Virus record (IMG/VR): IMGVR_UViG_3300020465_000007
DNA from: an uncultured virus (IMG/VR IMGVR_UViG_3300020465_000007)
Taxonomy: Duplodnaviria > Heunggongvirae > Uroviricota > Caudoviricetes
Direction: 5' to 3' (one strand)
DNA length: 64,000 nt
Below the pieces are notes generated by a model. It was not told the origin of the DNA and made no database searches. It saw nothing but the letters and a program-made list of their open reading frames with translations. The stretch's first letter is position 1. Every line of letters starts with the position of its first letter. Of this stretch, positions 9,474 to 19,175 are shown in pieces. Position numbers and translations under genes: made by a program.

Positions 9474-10339
9474 TGAAGGGTTTAAAATTATCTCATCCAC
9501 TAATTCTAAGTGGTTCAGATGGTGTAAGTGCATGGCCAAAATATTTAGATAATAGTGCAAATGTAACAGCTTCAGTATTTACCGACCAAAATATCACAAC
9601 TACTGGTAGTGTTAGATTTAATGATACACAAATTACAGGAAGTATCAATGTTGGTAGTAATAAATTTTTACTACAACCATCAGGCTCTGGTGTAGAATTA
9701 ATACCATCTGGTAATTTAGATATAGTTGGAACTTTTGGTGTTAGGGGAAATATAACTGTACCTACAACAATGAGTATTGAAGGTAATTTGACATATAAAG
9801 AGTTACAAACTACTAAGACAAGTTCTTCAATAGTATATCCAAGTGGAAGTCATAAGTTTGGTGATAGTATGGATGATAATCATAGGACAACAGGAAGTCT
9901 TTTGATGAATAGTAATGCCTTTACTTTTAATGATACAACAATTACTGGTTTTAGAAATGATAAATTTGCATCTGGTAGTAGTCAAACCAATCCCGTAACG
10001 GAATATGCAGCTAGAAAAATAATACAATCCTGGGAAGATAATCAAACATATCTAAGAAAAAAATCAACAAAAATAGGAACTTATATATCAAATAACAGTG
10101 CTAGTTTTACCGCAACTACAGCATCAGCACCATCCGAACAAAATGCCTTGTATACTTATTTAACTAAAACACAAAAAGATGATTTTATGTTTTTTAGAAA
10201 TGGCATGATAATGGAATATGATGCTTTAGATATTCAACAATCTGGTTCTATATTTTTACTGAAAATAGACCATGATAGTTTAGGTTATGGATTCACTAAT
10301 ACAGATGAAATAATTGCCTGGGGCAAATTTAATTCCTAA
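9473..10339 (+). CDS. Virion structural protein, paralog of the C-terminal half of ORF 7767
   Basis: Shared QTYLRK...SASF.A.TASAPS...DF.FF.NG..ME.DAL.IQQ.G...DEI.A.GKFNS. Confidence 0.75.
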   Translation: MKGLKLSHPLILSGSDGVSAWPKYLDNSANVTASVFTDQNITTTGSVRFNDTQITGSINVGSNKFLLQPSGSGVELIPSGNLDIVGTFGVRGNITVPTTMSIEGNLTYKELQTTKTSSSIVYPSGSHKFGDSMDDNHRTTGSLLMNSNAFTFNDTTITGFRNDKFASGSSQTNPVTEYAARKIIQSWEDNQTYLRKKSTKIGTYISNNSASFTATTASAPSEQNALYTYLTKTQKDDFMFFRNGMIMEYDALDIQQSGSIFLLKIDHDSLGYGFTNTDEIIAWGKFNS

Positions 10340-10366
10340 ATACCACTTTTCTTTTACCATTTCTTT

Positions 10367-10374
10367 ATATTTAT
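10367..10374 (+). promoter_or_regulatory. ATATTTAT putative late-promoter motif
   Basis: 4 nt before ATG 10379, after a pyrimidine tract; no SD is visible. Confidence 0.45.
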
Positions 10375-10378
10375 TATT

Positions 10379-10651
10379 ATGAGAAAAAGACATTGGAAAA
10401 ATAGAAAAAATAGGCCTTGTCCTGATTGTGGTAAAATATTAACTTATACAAGAAAGGACACTTTTGATAGGGCTATGGGAAATAATTCTGTTTGTAAATC
10501 CTGTGCTCAATTGGATAGACAAGTAACATTGGAAACCATTGAAAAAATGAAACAACCTAAATCAACTCAACATAAAAGAGAGATTTCAAAATCAATCACT
10601 AATTGGTGGGTAGATAAAAAAGAGAAACAGTATGGCTTTGATTCAAAGTAA
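10379..10651 (+). CDS. Small zinc-ribbon protein with a NUMOD3-like basic tail
   Basis: CPDC...CKSC followed by TLETIEKMKQPKSTQHKREISKS; no nuclease motif seen. Confidence 0.6.
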   Translation: MRKRHWKNRKNRPCPDCGKILTYTRKDTFDRAMGNNSVCKSCAQLDRQVTLETIEKMKQPKSTQHKREISKSITNWWVDKKEKQYGFDSK

Positions 10652-11879
10652 ACAATTTAATCCTAAATTTACAGGTTCTTTTGTAATATCTGGTTCAAAA
10701 CCAAGTGATGGTTCATATAGAGCAAATTTAGAAGTTATTGGTGGATTGAAAAGTGATGATGTGGTATTAAATGAAGTGACCGCCAGTGGTGATATAAATG
10801 TTGGTGGAGACTTAAATGTTAGTCAATACATCAAACATAAAGATGATTCTAACACTTATCTTAATTTTACAGATGATAGACTTAGATTTAATATTGGTGG
10901 AATATCATACATAGATTTAAATGATTCAACTGCTGCTCCACATGATATTACATTCAATGATGGTGGTAATAATGTAGATTTAACCATCAAAGGTACTTCT
11001 AATAATCCTTTATTCAAAACTGATGCTTCTGCAGGTAGAATAGGAACTAATGGTATAGGTACACCATTAGCTGGTTTACATCTTGGTGATACCTTATTAG
11101 TAAATTCACACATAACTGCCAGTGCAAATATAAGTTCAAGTGCAACTATAACAGCACTCCAATATGGTGGGAATGTAAGTGGTTCAGCTACTTCCACAGG
11201 TTCGTTTGGAAAAATTAAATTAAATGATGATACTCACTTAAATGCTGGTACATTTGCAATTAGTGGTTCATCTGTTTCTACTGCATCATTTGGTATGGTC
11301 AAAATACATGCCATTGAGGGTGCTAGTCCTATTACATTCAATGATACAATTATAGAAAATAAAAATTTAGAAGTTGTAGGTCAAATAACTGCAAGTTCAC
11401 ATATAAGTGCTAGTGGTAATTTATCTGTAACTGGTAATGTAGATTTTGATGGAAATTTAGATGTAGATGGAATTAGTAATTTAGACAACACCGATATTGA
11501 TGGTACATTAACAGTAAATGGAACAAACACCACAATCACCTCACCAATAATAAGTATGGTTGGTGCAGTTACTGCTTCTTCACATATAAGTGCTAGTGGT
11601 AATTTAAATATTGGTGGTAATATTGTTACCGTAGGTGATATTACTACACAAGGTAATATAGTAGCAAAAACTTTTATAGTGAGTTCAAGTGTATCACATT
11701 TTACTCAATCATTTTCAAGTGGTTCAACAATCTTCGGTGATGATAGTGGCGACACTCATGAGGTGACAGGTTCACTATTAGTAACTGGAAGTTTGAATGT
11801 CCAAAAGGGAAGAATTTTTGAACAAGGTACAAGTGTCATAGACCATGCAACGGCTATGGCAATAGTATTCGGAGGATAA
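10632..11879 (+). CDS. Fibre-like virion structural protein
   Basis: Beta-strand repeats (GNLxVxG, ITASSHISASG twice) and the SSGSTIFGD..DTH module shared with the fibres. Confidence 0.7.
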   Translation: MALIQSKQFNPKFTGSFVISGSKPSDGSYRANLEVIGGLKSDDVVLNEVTASGDINVGGDLNVSQYIKHKDDSNTYLNFTDDRLRFNIGGISYIDLNDSTAAPHDITFNDGGNNVDLTIKGTSNNPLFKTDASAGRIGTNGIGTPLAGLHLGDTLLVNSHITASANISSSATITALQYGGNVSGSATSTGSFGKIKLNDDTHLNAGTFAISGSSVSTASFGMVKIHAIEGASPITFNDTIIENKNLEVVGQITASSHISASGNLSVTGNVDFDGNLDVDGISNLDNTDIDGTLTVNGTNTTITSPIISMVGAVTASSHISASGNLNIGGNIVTVGDITTQGNIVAKTFIVSSSVSHFTQSFSSGSTIFGDDSGDTHEVTGSLLVTGSLNVQKGRIFEQGTSVIDHATAMAIVFGG

Positions 11880-11880
11880 T

Positions 11881-12204
11881 ATGGCAAATACTTTTAAAAA
11901 TGCAGCAGTAGCAATCGGAACAAGTGCTACAACTCTTTACACTGCTCCAGCATCAACAACTGGAATTATTCATGCAATCTATATTAGTAATGTGGATGGA
12001 ACTAATGATGCTTCTGTAGATATTACTGTAACGGATACAAGTGCTAGTGCTACTTTTCATATAATGAAAACAGTTTTAGTTCCAGCAGATTCAACTTTGG
12101 TAATTGAAAAACCAATTAATTTAGAACCTACAGATGTATTGAAAGTAAAGGCTTCTGCCGCTGGAGATTTAGAAGCATTTGTAAGTGTGTTGGAAATGAC
12201 TTAA
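11881..12204 (+). CDS. Small beta-rich virion-associated protein
   Basis: 107 aa, SD GGAGG; MANTFKN...TTLYTAPAST...I..I.I.N pattern recalled from fibre-adjacent phage genes. Confidence 0.7.
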   Translation: MANTFKNAAVAIGTSATTLYTAPASTTGIIHAIYISNVDGTNDASVDITVTDTSASATFHIMKTVLVPADSTLVIEKPINLEPTDVLKVKASAAGDLEAFVSVLEMT

Positions 12205-12205
12205 T

Positions 12206-14584
12206 ATGAAGTATTACGGAAAAGATATACAGAAACATGACACAGTAATTACTGGTTCAACATTAACTGTTGATTTGGGTGCAAGTAGTGGTTCAACCGC
12301 TATCACAACAAATAATATTACTGTTGGGTATCCTACCGCTAATAGGTGGAAAGATAATTTAGTTGGTTCTTATTTAAATTTTTATGACCACAATACTAAT
12401 GTTTCAGAAATGTTGAGATTTATGGCAGGAGTGTTGAGTCATTCTTTAGATACTGCAGCACCTACCGCAAATACAAAAACATGGAATAATATAAGTACAA
12501 ATTATAGTGGTCAAAGTACTACAACTAAAAGTGCTTTATTTAGTAATGGAGTCTTGGGTAATTCAAGTTACAGATTATCTCAACATTGGACATCATCTGC
12601 TTATGTTCAAATGAATGAAACACAATCTTTTATAGAAGCAGAAAATTATTTTATAGCTAAGGGATTTATGAATAGTAATGAAAGGGGAACATTTGGTAAT
12701 CATACTGGTATAAATCCATTTAATAGTAGTTATTGTGCAAATATACCAAATACTGTTTTACAATCTGGACAATTTAGTGGTTTGACATTTACCAACACAT
12801 CACAGGCTGGTGGTTCTACCACTGTATCTTCAAGTGTAGATTCACAAAAATTTGGCTTAGGTTCATTAACTAATGGTGGTGCTACATCATATACAGTAAG
12901 AGTTATAGCATCACAATCATTTAGTGATACACAAACAGATACTACACCAGATGCGAATTCTACTTATCATACAAAATCATTTGTAGATTATACTCAAACT
13001 TCTTTTGGTACTACTGGTGATGGATTAACTTTAGCTAAATTAATTACTGGACAACCAGCGGTTATTCCATCTGCTTTTCAAGATGGTAAATTTGTAAATG
13101 TTGATGCACCAATAACTGGTAGAAAGAGACATGCTGGTTCTACCAATAATACATCTATAAGTTCAAGTGGATATTATCAAATGCATGATACAAAAGTTGG
13201 TTTGAAGTCAGGTTCGCAATCAGATGCTGATATGGTTTATAAAAATGCTTCTAATAGTAATAATGTATTTTTTATGCCAAGTCCATATCAGAATGCTTAT
13301 ACATCACAAGGTGCTATGTCATCAAATATTTTAAGTGGAAGTCCAACAGCCACCATATCAAATGCTACATTGACCGAAACAGGATTTACTGCAACATCAA
13401 GAAGTTTGAGTGGTGCTCCTTATTTATTAACTGCTACTTATGCATTTGCATATTCCGCGGAATCAACTAATCATTTCAATCCTGTATATGGTAGATATAC
13501 TACACCATTACAAAATTCAATATCAACTAATGGTTGGAATAGTATTGGTAGTTCTAATTTATCTAATACTTCTGTAACGGTTAGTACAAGTGGAGTTCAA
13601 ACTAATAGTGGGACAGCTGGAGTTAGGTCAAGTGATAAGGCTACACAAAGAACAAATGGAACAATACCACATATTACAGATGGAACATTTTTATCATCTT
13701 CTTATAGTTTTTCATTAAGTAGTAATTATGAGAATGTAGGTCAAAATAGAACTTCAAATAATAGTTTAAATTATAGTTTGGCATTGAGAACTACTTCAAG
13801 AAATTATAGTGGTGGTAGTCAAACAAGTACAAGTGCTACACAAACATTTTACAATGCTGCAAAATTTAAACAACATAGTAATAGTGGTAGTTTAGCTATT
13901 TATAGTAGAGCTCAAGGATATGATAATGGTTCATTAACAGGAACAAGTGAAGCGTTCTTGGGTGAAGATCACAGAATAAAAATAAACAATAATGTTACAG
14001 CTTTTAATGGTGATGCATTTACTACAAATACATTCCAAACAAATGATGAGGGTGATGCTGTATTGGGAAATTATGATTTACAAGTTAAACCAGGTTACTT
14101 AGTGGATCCAGGTGGAAGTTATGGGTATTGGTTTGCTAGTAATTTTGGTAGTGGAACTTACAAATATTATATAAGAAGATTTCAAACAAGTGGTGTTAAA
14201 GGTTCAATGACTGTTAATTGTGGAAAGTCATTAAATGCTTGGGCATCAACAAGTGATGGTGTTTCATTAGTAGTGATATTAAAAAGTGGAACAAGTGCTG
14301 GTTCAAACACATCTATAACAAATTGTAGATTGTATGATCCAACACAAACCGTTAGTAACTTGATAGAAAGTGGTATTACTACTGATAATCATAAAAATCC
14401 ATTTAGTTCTGCAGTGGATTTATATGGTAATACTGGTGGTTCAAGTAGTGGAACAACATTTACTTTACCAATGAGAAACGCTGATGGTATGTTTTTGGAT
14501 AATAGTGATAATGGAATTTATGTGGTGATTAGATACAAAGGGGATCCATCACCAGTAACAAGTATAAGTATTTCAACTTCATAA
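12206..14584 (+). CDS. Large S/T/G/N-rich virion structural protein
   Basis: 792 aa beta-rich ORF coupled to its neighbours within the structural block. Confidence 0.7.
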   Translation: MKYYGKDIQKHDTVITGSTLTVDLGASSGSTAITTNNITVGYPTANRWKDNLVGSYLNFYDHNTNVSEMLRFMAGVLSHSLDTAAPTANTKTWNNISTNYSGQSTTTKSALFSNGVLGNSSYRLSQHWTSSAYVQMNETQSFIEAENYFIAKGFMNSNERGTFGNHTGINPFNSSYCANIPNTVLQSGQFSGLTFTNTSQAGGSTTVSSSVDSQKFGLGSLTNGGATSYTVRVIASQSFSDTQTDTTPDANSTYHTKSFVDYTQTSFGTTGDGLTLAKLITGQPAVIPSAFQDGKFVNVDAPITGRKRHAGSTNNTSISSSGYYQMHDTKVGLKSGSQSDADMVYKNASNSNNVFFMPSPYQNAYTSQGAMSSNILSGSPTATISNATLTETGFTATSRSLSGAPYLLTATYAFAYSAESTNHFNPVYGRYTTPLQNSISTNGWNSIGSSNLSNTSVTVSTSGVQTNSGTAGVRSSDKATQRTNGTIPHITDGTFLSSSYSFSLSSNYENVGQNRTSNNSLNYSLALRTTSRNYSGGSQTSTSATQTFYNAAKFKQHSNSGSLAIYSRAQGYDNGSLTGTSEAFLGEDHRIKINNNVTAFNGDAFTTNTFQTNDEGDAVLGNYDLQVKPGYLVDPGGSYGYWFASNFGSGTYKYYIRRFQTSGVKGSMTVNCGKSLNAWASTSDGVSLVVILKSGTSAGSNTSITNCRLYDPTQTVSNLIESGITTDNHKNPFSSAVDLYGNTGGSSSGTTFTLPMRNADGMFLDNSDNGIYVVIRYKGDPSPVTSISISTS

Positions 14585-14594
14585 GAGAGAGACT

Positions 14595-15605
14595 ATGGGA
14601 TTTATAGATAATGCATTAAAAGCTTTAAGATTATTAGGTGGTCGTAGATACACTAACGATAGTTTAAACACTGCTCAAGAGGCATTTGCTAGAACTATTG
14701 ATATTGGTAGTGCAGATGTATTTTCACAAGATAATTTAATACCAACAAGTTCATTACCATTTAGTGGTAGTACATCACAACAGGCTAATTACCAAGTAAA
14801 TGGTAAAAACATTATGAAATATTGGTTTAGACAAAGATTAACTAAATCAAATACCTCTACTGAAACTTGGTTTTTTATGTCACCAATCGGTGCAGCAAAT
14901 GGTGTTACACCACAGTTGATACAAACTGGTCAACAGAATAATTTCATATCACCAAAGTATTCTGTATCATCATTGGCAAACGCTAATACAGAAGATGGTA
15001 CTCCTGGTTATGGTGTAAAAGTTTTTAAATCCACTTCAACAAATAGTGGTTCATTTGGTAATAGTGAAGTAGTTTCCACAAATGATTATCAGTTTGATTA
15101 TAAAACAGGTGTGGTACAATTTGACCAAAATGCACCAAGTTCAAATCAGATAATTTATATGACTGCTTATCAATATGTCGGTGAAACATTGGCAACTGGT
15201 ATTACAATAGGTGGTGATGCTACATTAAATAATATATTACCTAATGCAGATGATACCTATGATATTGGTGCGGTTGGTAATGAATTTAATGATTTATTTA
15301 TAGATGGTACTGCTAATATAGATACACTTTCATTAACAGATGATTTTACTTATGGTGGAGTCACATTTAATGAAGATAGTTCTATGTTGAGTATCACAGG
15401 TTCAAAATTTAGATTAAAATCTACAAGTGGTACTGATTTATTCACATTGTATAATAATAGTGATGAATTAACATTTCAAGTAGATGATAAAGTAGTAGTG
15501 TTGGGTGCAAGGTCATCAACACCAACTGCAGTGGCGGGTGGATTATTTTATTCAGGTTCAGACCAATGGTTTTTGGGATATGATCAAAATACACCACCAC
15601 AATAA
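14595..15605 (+). CDS. Virion structural protein
   Basis: 336 aa; FDYKTGVVQF...IYMTAYQYVG domain followed by a fibre-type NILP.ADDTYDIG motif. Confidence 0.7.
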   Translation: MGFIDNALKALRLLGGRRYTNDSLNTAQEAFARTIDIGSADVFSQDNLIPTSSLPFSGSTSQQANYQVNGKNIMKYWFRQRLTKSNTSTETWFFMSPIGAANGVTPQLIQTGQQNNFISPKYSVSSLANANTEDGTPGYGVKVFKSTSTNSGSFGNSEVVSTNDYQFDYKTGVVQFDQNAPSSNQIIYMTAYQYVGETLATGITIGGDATLNNILPNADDTYDIGAVGNEFNDLFIDGTANIDTLSLTDDFTYGGVTFNEDSSMLSITGSKFRLKSTSGTDLFTLYNNSDELTFQVDDKVVVLGARSSTPTAVAGGLFYSGSDQWFLGYDQNTPPQ

Positions 15606-15625
15606 TGGTAAAAATAAAAAGTTTA

Positions 15626-15633
15626 ATATTTAT
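15626..15633 (+). promoter_or_regulatory. ATATTTAT putative late-promoter motif
   Basis: Intergenic, before SD GGAG and ATG at 15669. Confidence 0.5.
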
Positions 15634-15668
15634 TAGTAACATGACTGTAAGTCAATTGGAGAAATAAA

Positions 15669-17006
15669 ATGGCAAATTGGAGAAAAGTAATAGTTTCGGG
15701 AAGTAAGGCCGAACTAAACGACATATCATCATCTGGTGATTTCGTGATGTCCAAAGATGGGGCAGCAGTGAAATTCGGAAATGATAATGAAGTTACCTTA
15801 ACCCATGTACATGATAATGGATTATTGTTATCGGATGCGAGTGGTATAGGAACTACAAAACTTAATTTTGGTGATAGTGGTACATTTGTACAACAATCAG
15901 CTGATGGAATTTTAAATGTACAGGCTGATACTAGAGTTGATATCACTGGTAATGTCAGTATGTCCGCTAACTTAAATGTTGTGGGTAATATACATGCTGT
16001 TGGTGATATAAAATTTGAAGGTGGTTCTTCTGGTACAATCACTATGGGTTCAGGTGCAGATGATAATGTTGTATTTTCAGCTGATGTTAATTCTCACATT
16101 ATACCAAACACAGACGCTACTTTTGACTTAGGTTCAACTGCACAAGGATGGAATGATTTACATTTAGGTAGTGGTGGTGTTATCAACTTAGATGGTGGTG
16201 ATGTTACACTAACACATTCTGCAGGTAAAGTTACTTTAGGTGGTGATGGTGCAGTAGAAGTTGATTTTGCTAATCATGAAATGACAAATGTAGATATTAA
16301 TAGTGGGGCTATTGATGGTACAATAGTAGGTGCTGCCACACCTGCTGCTGGTACTTTTACTGCTATAGTAGGTACTTCTTTAGACATGAACGGAAATGTT
16401 GATATTGATAATGCTACAACTGCAATAGATTCTTCAGGTACTATATCCATTGATGGTGGTGGTAATGTTAACTTAGATACCACAAGTGGAGTTGTTAGTG
16501 TTGGAACATCCACAAGTGGAATTGCAGTTAGTATAGGTCATGCTACATCAGAAGTTTCAATCGGTGATAACTTAAATGTTGCTGGTAATGCTACTATCGC
16601 AGGTAATTTAGATGTTAATGGAACACTTACTACCATTGATACAACTAACTTACAAATTACAGACGCATTTGTTCAGTTGGCAAAAGGTTCAACATCACAA
16701 ACAAATGCTGGTATAATTGCAAATACCACAGCAGACGCTTCTGGTTCAGCTTTCTATTATGACGGAACAACCAATTATAATAGATGGGCATTAACGGGAC
16801 CAGGTGATACTGGACACAATCAAACAGATGTTATTGCACCAAGACAATATGTTGTTTCGGTTTCCGCATCTGCCGCACCACCAACTGGAACACCAGGTGA
16901 TTTTGGTGGTAGTGCTGGTAATTCAAGAGTTGGTATGATGTATGTTCAGACATCAGATGATGCAGGTACAAAATCGGTTGATGGAGATATTTGGATTTAT
17001 TCATAA
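15669..17006 (+). CDS. Fibre-like structural protein (MANWRKVIVSGS N-terminus)
   Basis: SHIIP.TD.TFDLGS and GNL.V.GT.TTIDTTNL.I.D fibre motifs; N-terminus shared with 17412. Confidence 0.72.
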   Translation: MANWRKVIVSGSKAELNDISSSGDFVMSKDGAAVKFGNDNEVTLTHVHDNGLLLSDASGIGTTKLNFGDSGTFVQQSADGILNVQADTRVDITGNVSMSANLNVVGNIHAVGDIKFEGGSSGTITMGSGADDNVVFSADVNSHIIPNTDATFDLGSTAQGWNDLHLGSGGVINLDGGDVTLTHSAGKVTLGGDGAVEVDFANHEMTNVDINSGAIDGTIVGAATPAAGTFTAIVGTSLDMNGNVDIDNATTAIDSSGTISIDGGGNVNLDTTSGVVSVGTSTSGIAVSIGHATSEVSIGDNLNVAGNATIAGNLDVNGTLTTIDTTNLQITDAFVQLAKGSTSQTNAGIIANTTADASGSAFYYDGTTNYNRWALTGPGDTGHNQTDVIAPRQYVVSVSASAAPPTGTPGDFGGSAGNSRVGMMYVQTSDDAGTKSVDGDIWIYS

Positions 17007-17025
17007 AAATTAAAGAGGTTACATT

Positions 17026-17337
17026 ATGGCTATAAAGGCTAAAAAAACTAATGTTATTGTTGAGGAGATGGCAAAATTAACTCAACAGGAAGTAGCATTT
17101 TTATTTGAGTTAATAAAAAACTCAATGATACCTGGCAAACATATTCACATTGCTATGCAAATTGTGGATAAGTTAAAAAGTCAGTATAAACTTTGGGAAA
17201 AGACGGACCTGGTAATTACTAAGGAACAGAAAATCCAAGAAGCGTTGAAAGACCAAGTTAAAAAGGCACAACAAGAAACTGTTAAAAGAGTAAAACAGAC
17301 GGATGGTGAGATTTGGATAAAAGACGAAGAAAATTAA
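17026..17337 (+). CDS. Small helical hypothetical protein (possible fibre chaperone)
   Basis: 103 aa, SD GAGG, coiled-coil-like, between two fibre genes. Confidence 0.65.
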   Translation: MAIKAKKTNVIVEEMAKLTQQEVAFLFELIKNSMIPGKHIHIAMQIVDKLKSQYKLWEKTDLVITKEQKIQEALKDQVKKAQQETVKRVKQTDGEIWIKDEEN

Positions 17338-17340
17338 CTT

Positions 17341-17402
17341 TATTGGCCTAATGTTTGGCGACATTAGGAAGTGGGCTCGAAAGAGTAACCAACCATAGGG
17401 AG
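17341..17402 (+). ncRNA. Candidate structured cis-regulatory RNA
   Basis: Perfect 8-bp stem CCTAATGT/ACATTAGG, a GCTC-GAAA-GAGT tetraloop hairpin, and possible closing helices abutting SD AGGGAG; GC-rich in an AT-rich context. Confidence 0.5.
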
Positions 17403-17411
17403 AATAACTAA

Positions 17412-19166
17412 ATGCCAAATTGGAAAAAAGTCATTGTTTCAGGCAGTGACGCTAGGATAAATTCATTATTTACAGCAGGCCATGTAACCGCTAGTGGGAA
17501 TGTTAGCGGTTCTTCTGCATCTACGGCATCCTTTGGTAGAGTTCAGGCAAGTGTTATAGGTGGTAATAGTCCTTTAAAAATAGAAGCAGATAATTTCAAT
17601 GTATCATCAGATGGTACAGTAAGTGGTTCATCAACCTCAACTGGTTCTTTTGGACACATGGAATCTACACAGGCTATAATTGGTGGTAGACAAGCTGTAC
17701 CCAACTTAATAATAAAAAATAATTATGGTAATATTAATACTTCTTTTGGTAGTGGTGATACTTATCAATTATCATTATATGGTAATGGTGGAAGTAGTGG
17801 AAACTTTGAAGTAAAATATGGTGTTGGAACAACCTACAATCATTGGATGAAGATAATGGGTAATGGTGGTAATGATGGTACTTTAGACATTCATGCTGGT
17901 AGTGATAGTAATGGTTTAGGAAAAGTTTCTATAATGAGAACTGGTGTAAGTGGTTCATCAATCTCAACTGGTTCATTTGGAATTGCTAGAGTAGATGGTC
18001 ATGATTTAAAACCAAGTGGTGTTGCTAGAGATCAAGTTTTAAAGTGGAATGGAAATCAATTTGTGGCAGCCAATTATGATGATACTTTTGTATTTACAAT
18101 AGCAGATTTTGATATGAATTTTTCTTCTTCACCACAATTGATTGGTTCTGGAATTTGGAAAGCAATTAATGCTCTTACTTTTACTGCTACTTATAATAAT
18201 GGACCACCAGATGGTTGGAATGGTAGTGCTGAAGGTGCACCAAAAATTCAAGCTTTTGTTGCTAGTTCCGCGAGTGGTTCTGATATGTTTCCATTAAGTT
18301 CAAGTTTTGCTAGTGGAACAAATAATATTGCTATAGCTTATCCACCAAATACTGGTAATGATATAAGATTTAGATTATACGCTTCAGCGGGAAGTGATAC
18401 TAGTAATAGTTATACAGACCAAAGAATATATTTTAGAAATTATTTTGTTTATAGTGATTCAGCTAAAAATAATGGTTTTACTCATAATGATATTGCAAAT
18501 TTAGCTTCAGCAAATGCTATAATATCTAATGATACATCAAGGACAATTACACAATCAATTGGTGCTAATAATTACTTAGTTTTTGCTCATAGAACTGCAG
18601 ATACTAATGTGGCACAAGTAAGATGTGGTACTGGTAATAATGTATTAACAGTAGCTATGGATAGAACAGATGCCACAACCATAACACCATTAAAAGAAAC
18701 TGTGAGTCATACAAATACCGCTGGTAAAGTAGAAAATTTTTATGTGTATGCGAGTAAATTACAAAATATAGATGCACATTCAACAACATTTACCACAGTA
18801 ACATCTACACAAAAGAAAAATTATATTTTTTGGGGTACTGAAAGTTCTTGGGTGAATAATGAAGGTAATGTTGAGGCATTGACAAATAAAAATTCAAGTC
18901 TTGATGATGGTTCTATAACTGGAAATACACTTTCAGTAGGTAGTTTTACAAGTAAGTATGTTATAATTGCTATACCTGCTAGATATGGTGATAATGATAC
19001 AAATTATCAATTTAAAGATAATTCAACAAATTTACCTTTCAGTTTCAACCAACAATCAGATGTAACTATTACAAATGCTGTAGGATTTCAAGAAGATTAT
19101 AGTGTGTATAGGTCTACAAATTTATTAACCATGAATAACGCTATAGTTTTGATAGCCACGGTATAG
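17412..19166 (+). CDS. Fibre/virion structural protein (MPNWKKVIVSGS N-terminus)
   Basis: VSGSS.STGSFG repeats, QVLKWNG motif, beta-rich C-terminal domains. Confidence 0.75.
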   Translation: MPNWKKVIVSGSDARINSLFTAGHVTASGNVSGSSASTASFGRVQASVIGGNSPLKIEADNFNVSSDGTVSGSSTSTGSFGHMESTQAIIGGRQAVPNLIIKNNYGNINTSFGSGDTYQLSLYGNGGSSGNFEVKYGVGTTYNHWMKIMGNGGNDGTLDIHAGSDSNGLGKVSIMRTGVSGSSISTGSFGIARVDGHDLKPSGVARDQVLKWNGNQFVAANYDDTFVFTIADFDMNFSSSPQLIGSGIWKAINALTFTATYNNGPPDGWNGSAEGAPKIQAFVASSASGSDMFPLSSSFASGTNNIAIAYPPNTGNDIRFRLYASAGSDTSNSYTDQRIYFRNYFVYSDSAKNNGFTHNDIANLASANAIISNDTSRTITQSIGANNYLVFAHRTADTNVAQVRCGTGNNVLTVAMDRTDATTITPLKETVSHTNTAGKVENFYVYASKLQNIDAHSTTFTTVTSTQKKNYIFWGTESSWVNNEGNVEALTNKNSSLDDGSITGNTLSVGSFTSKYVIIAIPARYGDNDTNYQFKDNSTNLPFSFNQQSDVTITNAVGFQEDYSVYRSTNLLTMNNAIVLIATV

Positions 19167-19175
19167 GAGTAAGGA

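Noticed and set aside
10379..10651. Active homing endonuclease or intron
   Set aside because: No HNH, GIY-YIG or LAGLIDADG motif; flanking genes appear uninterrupted.
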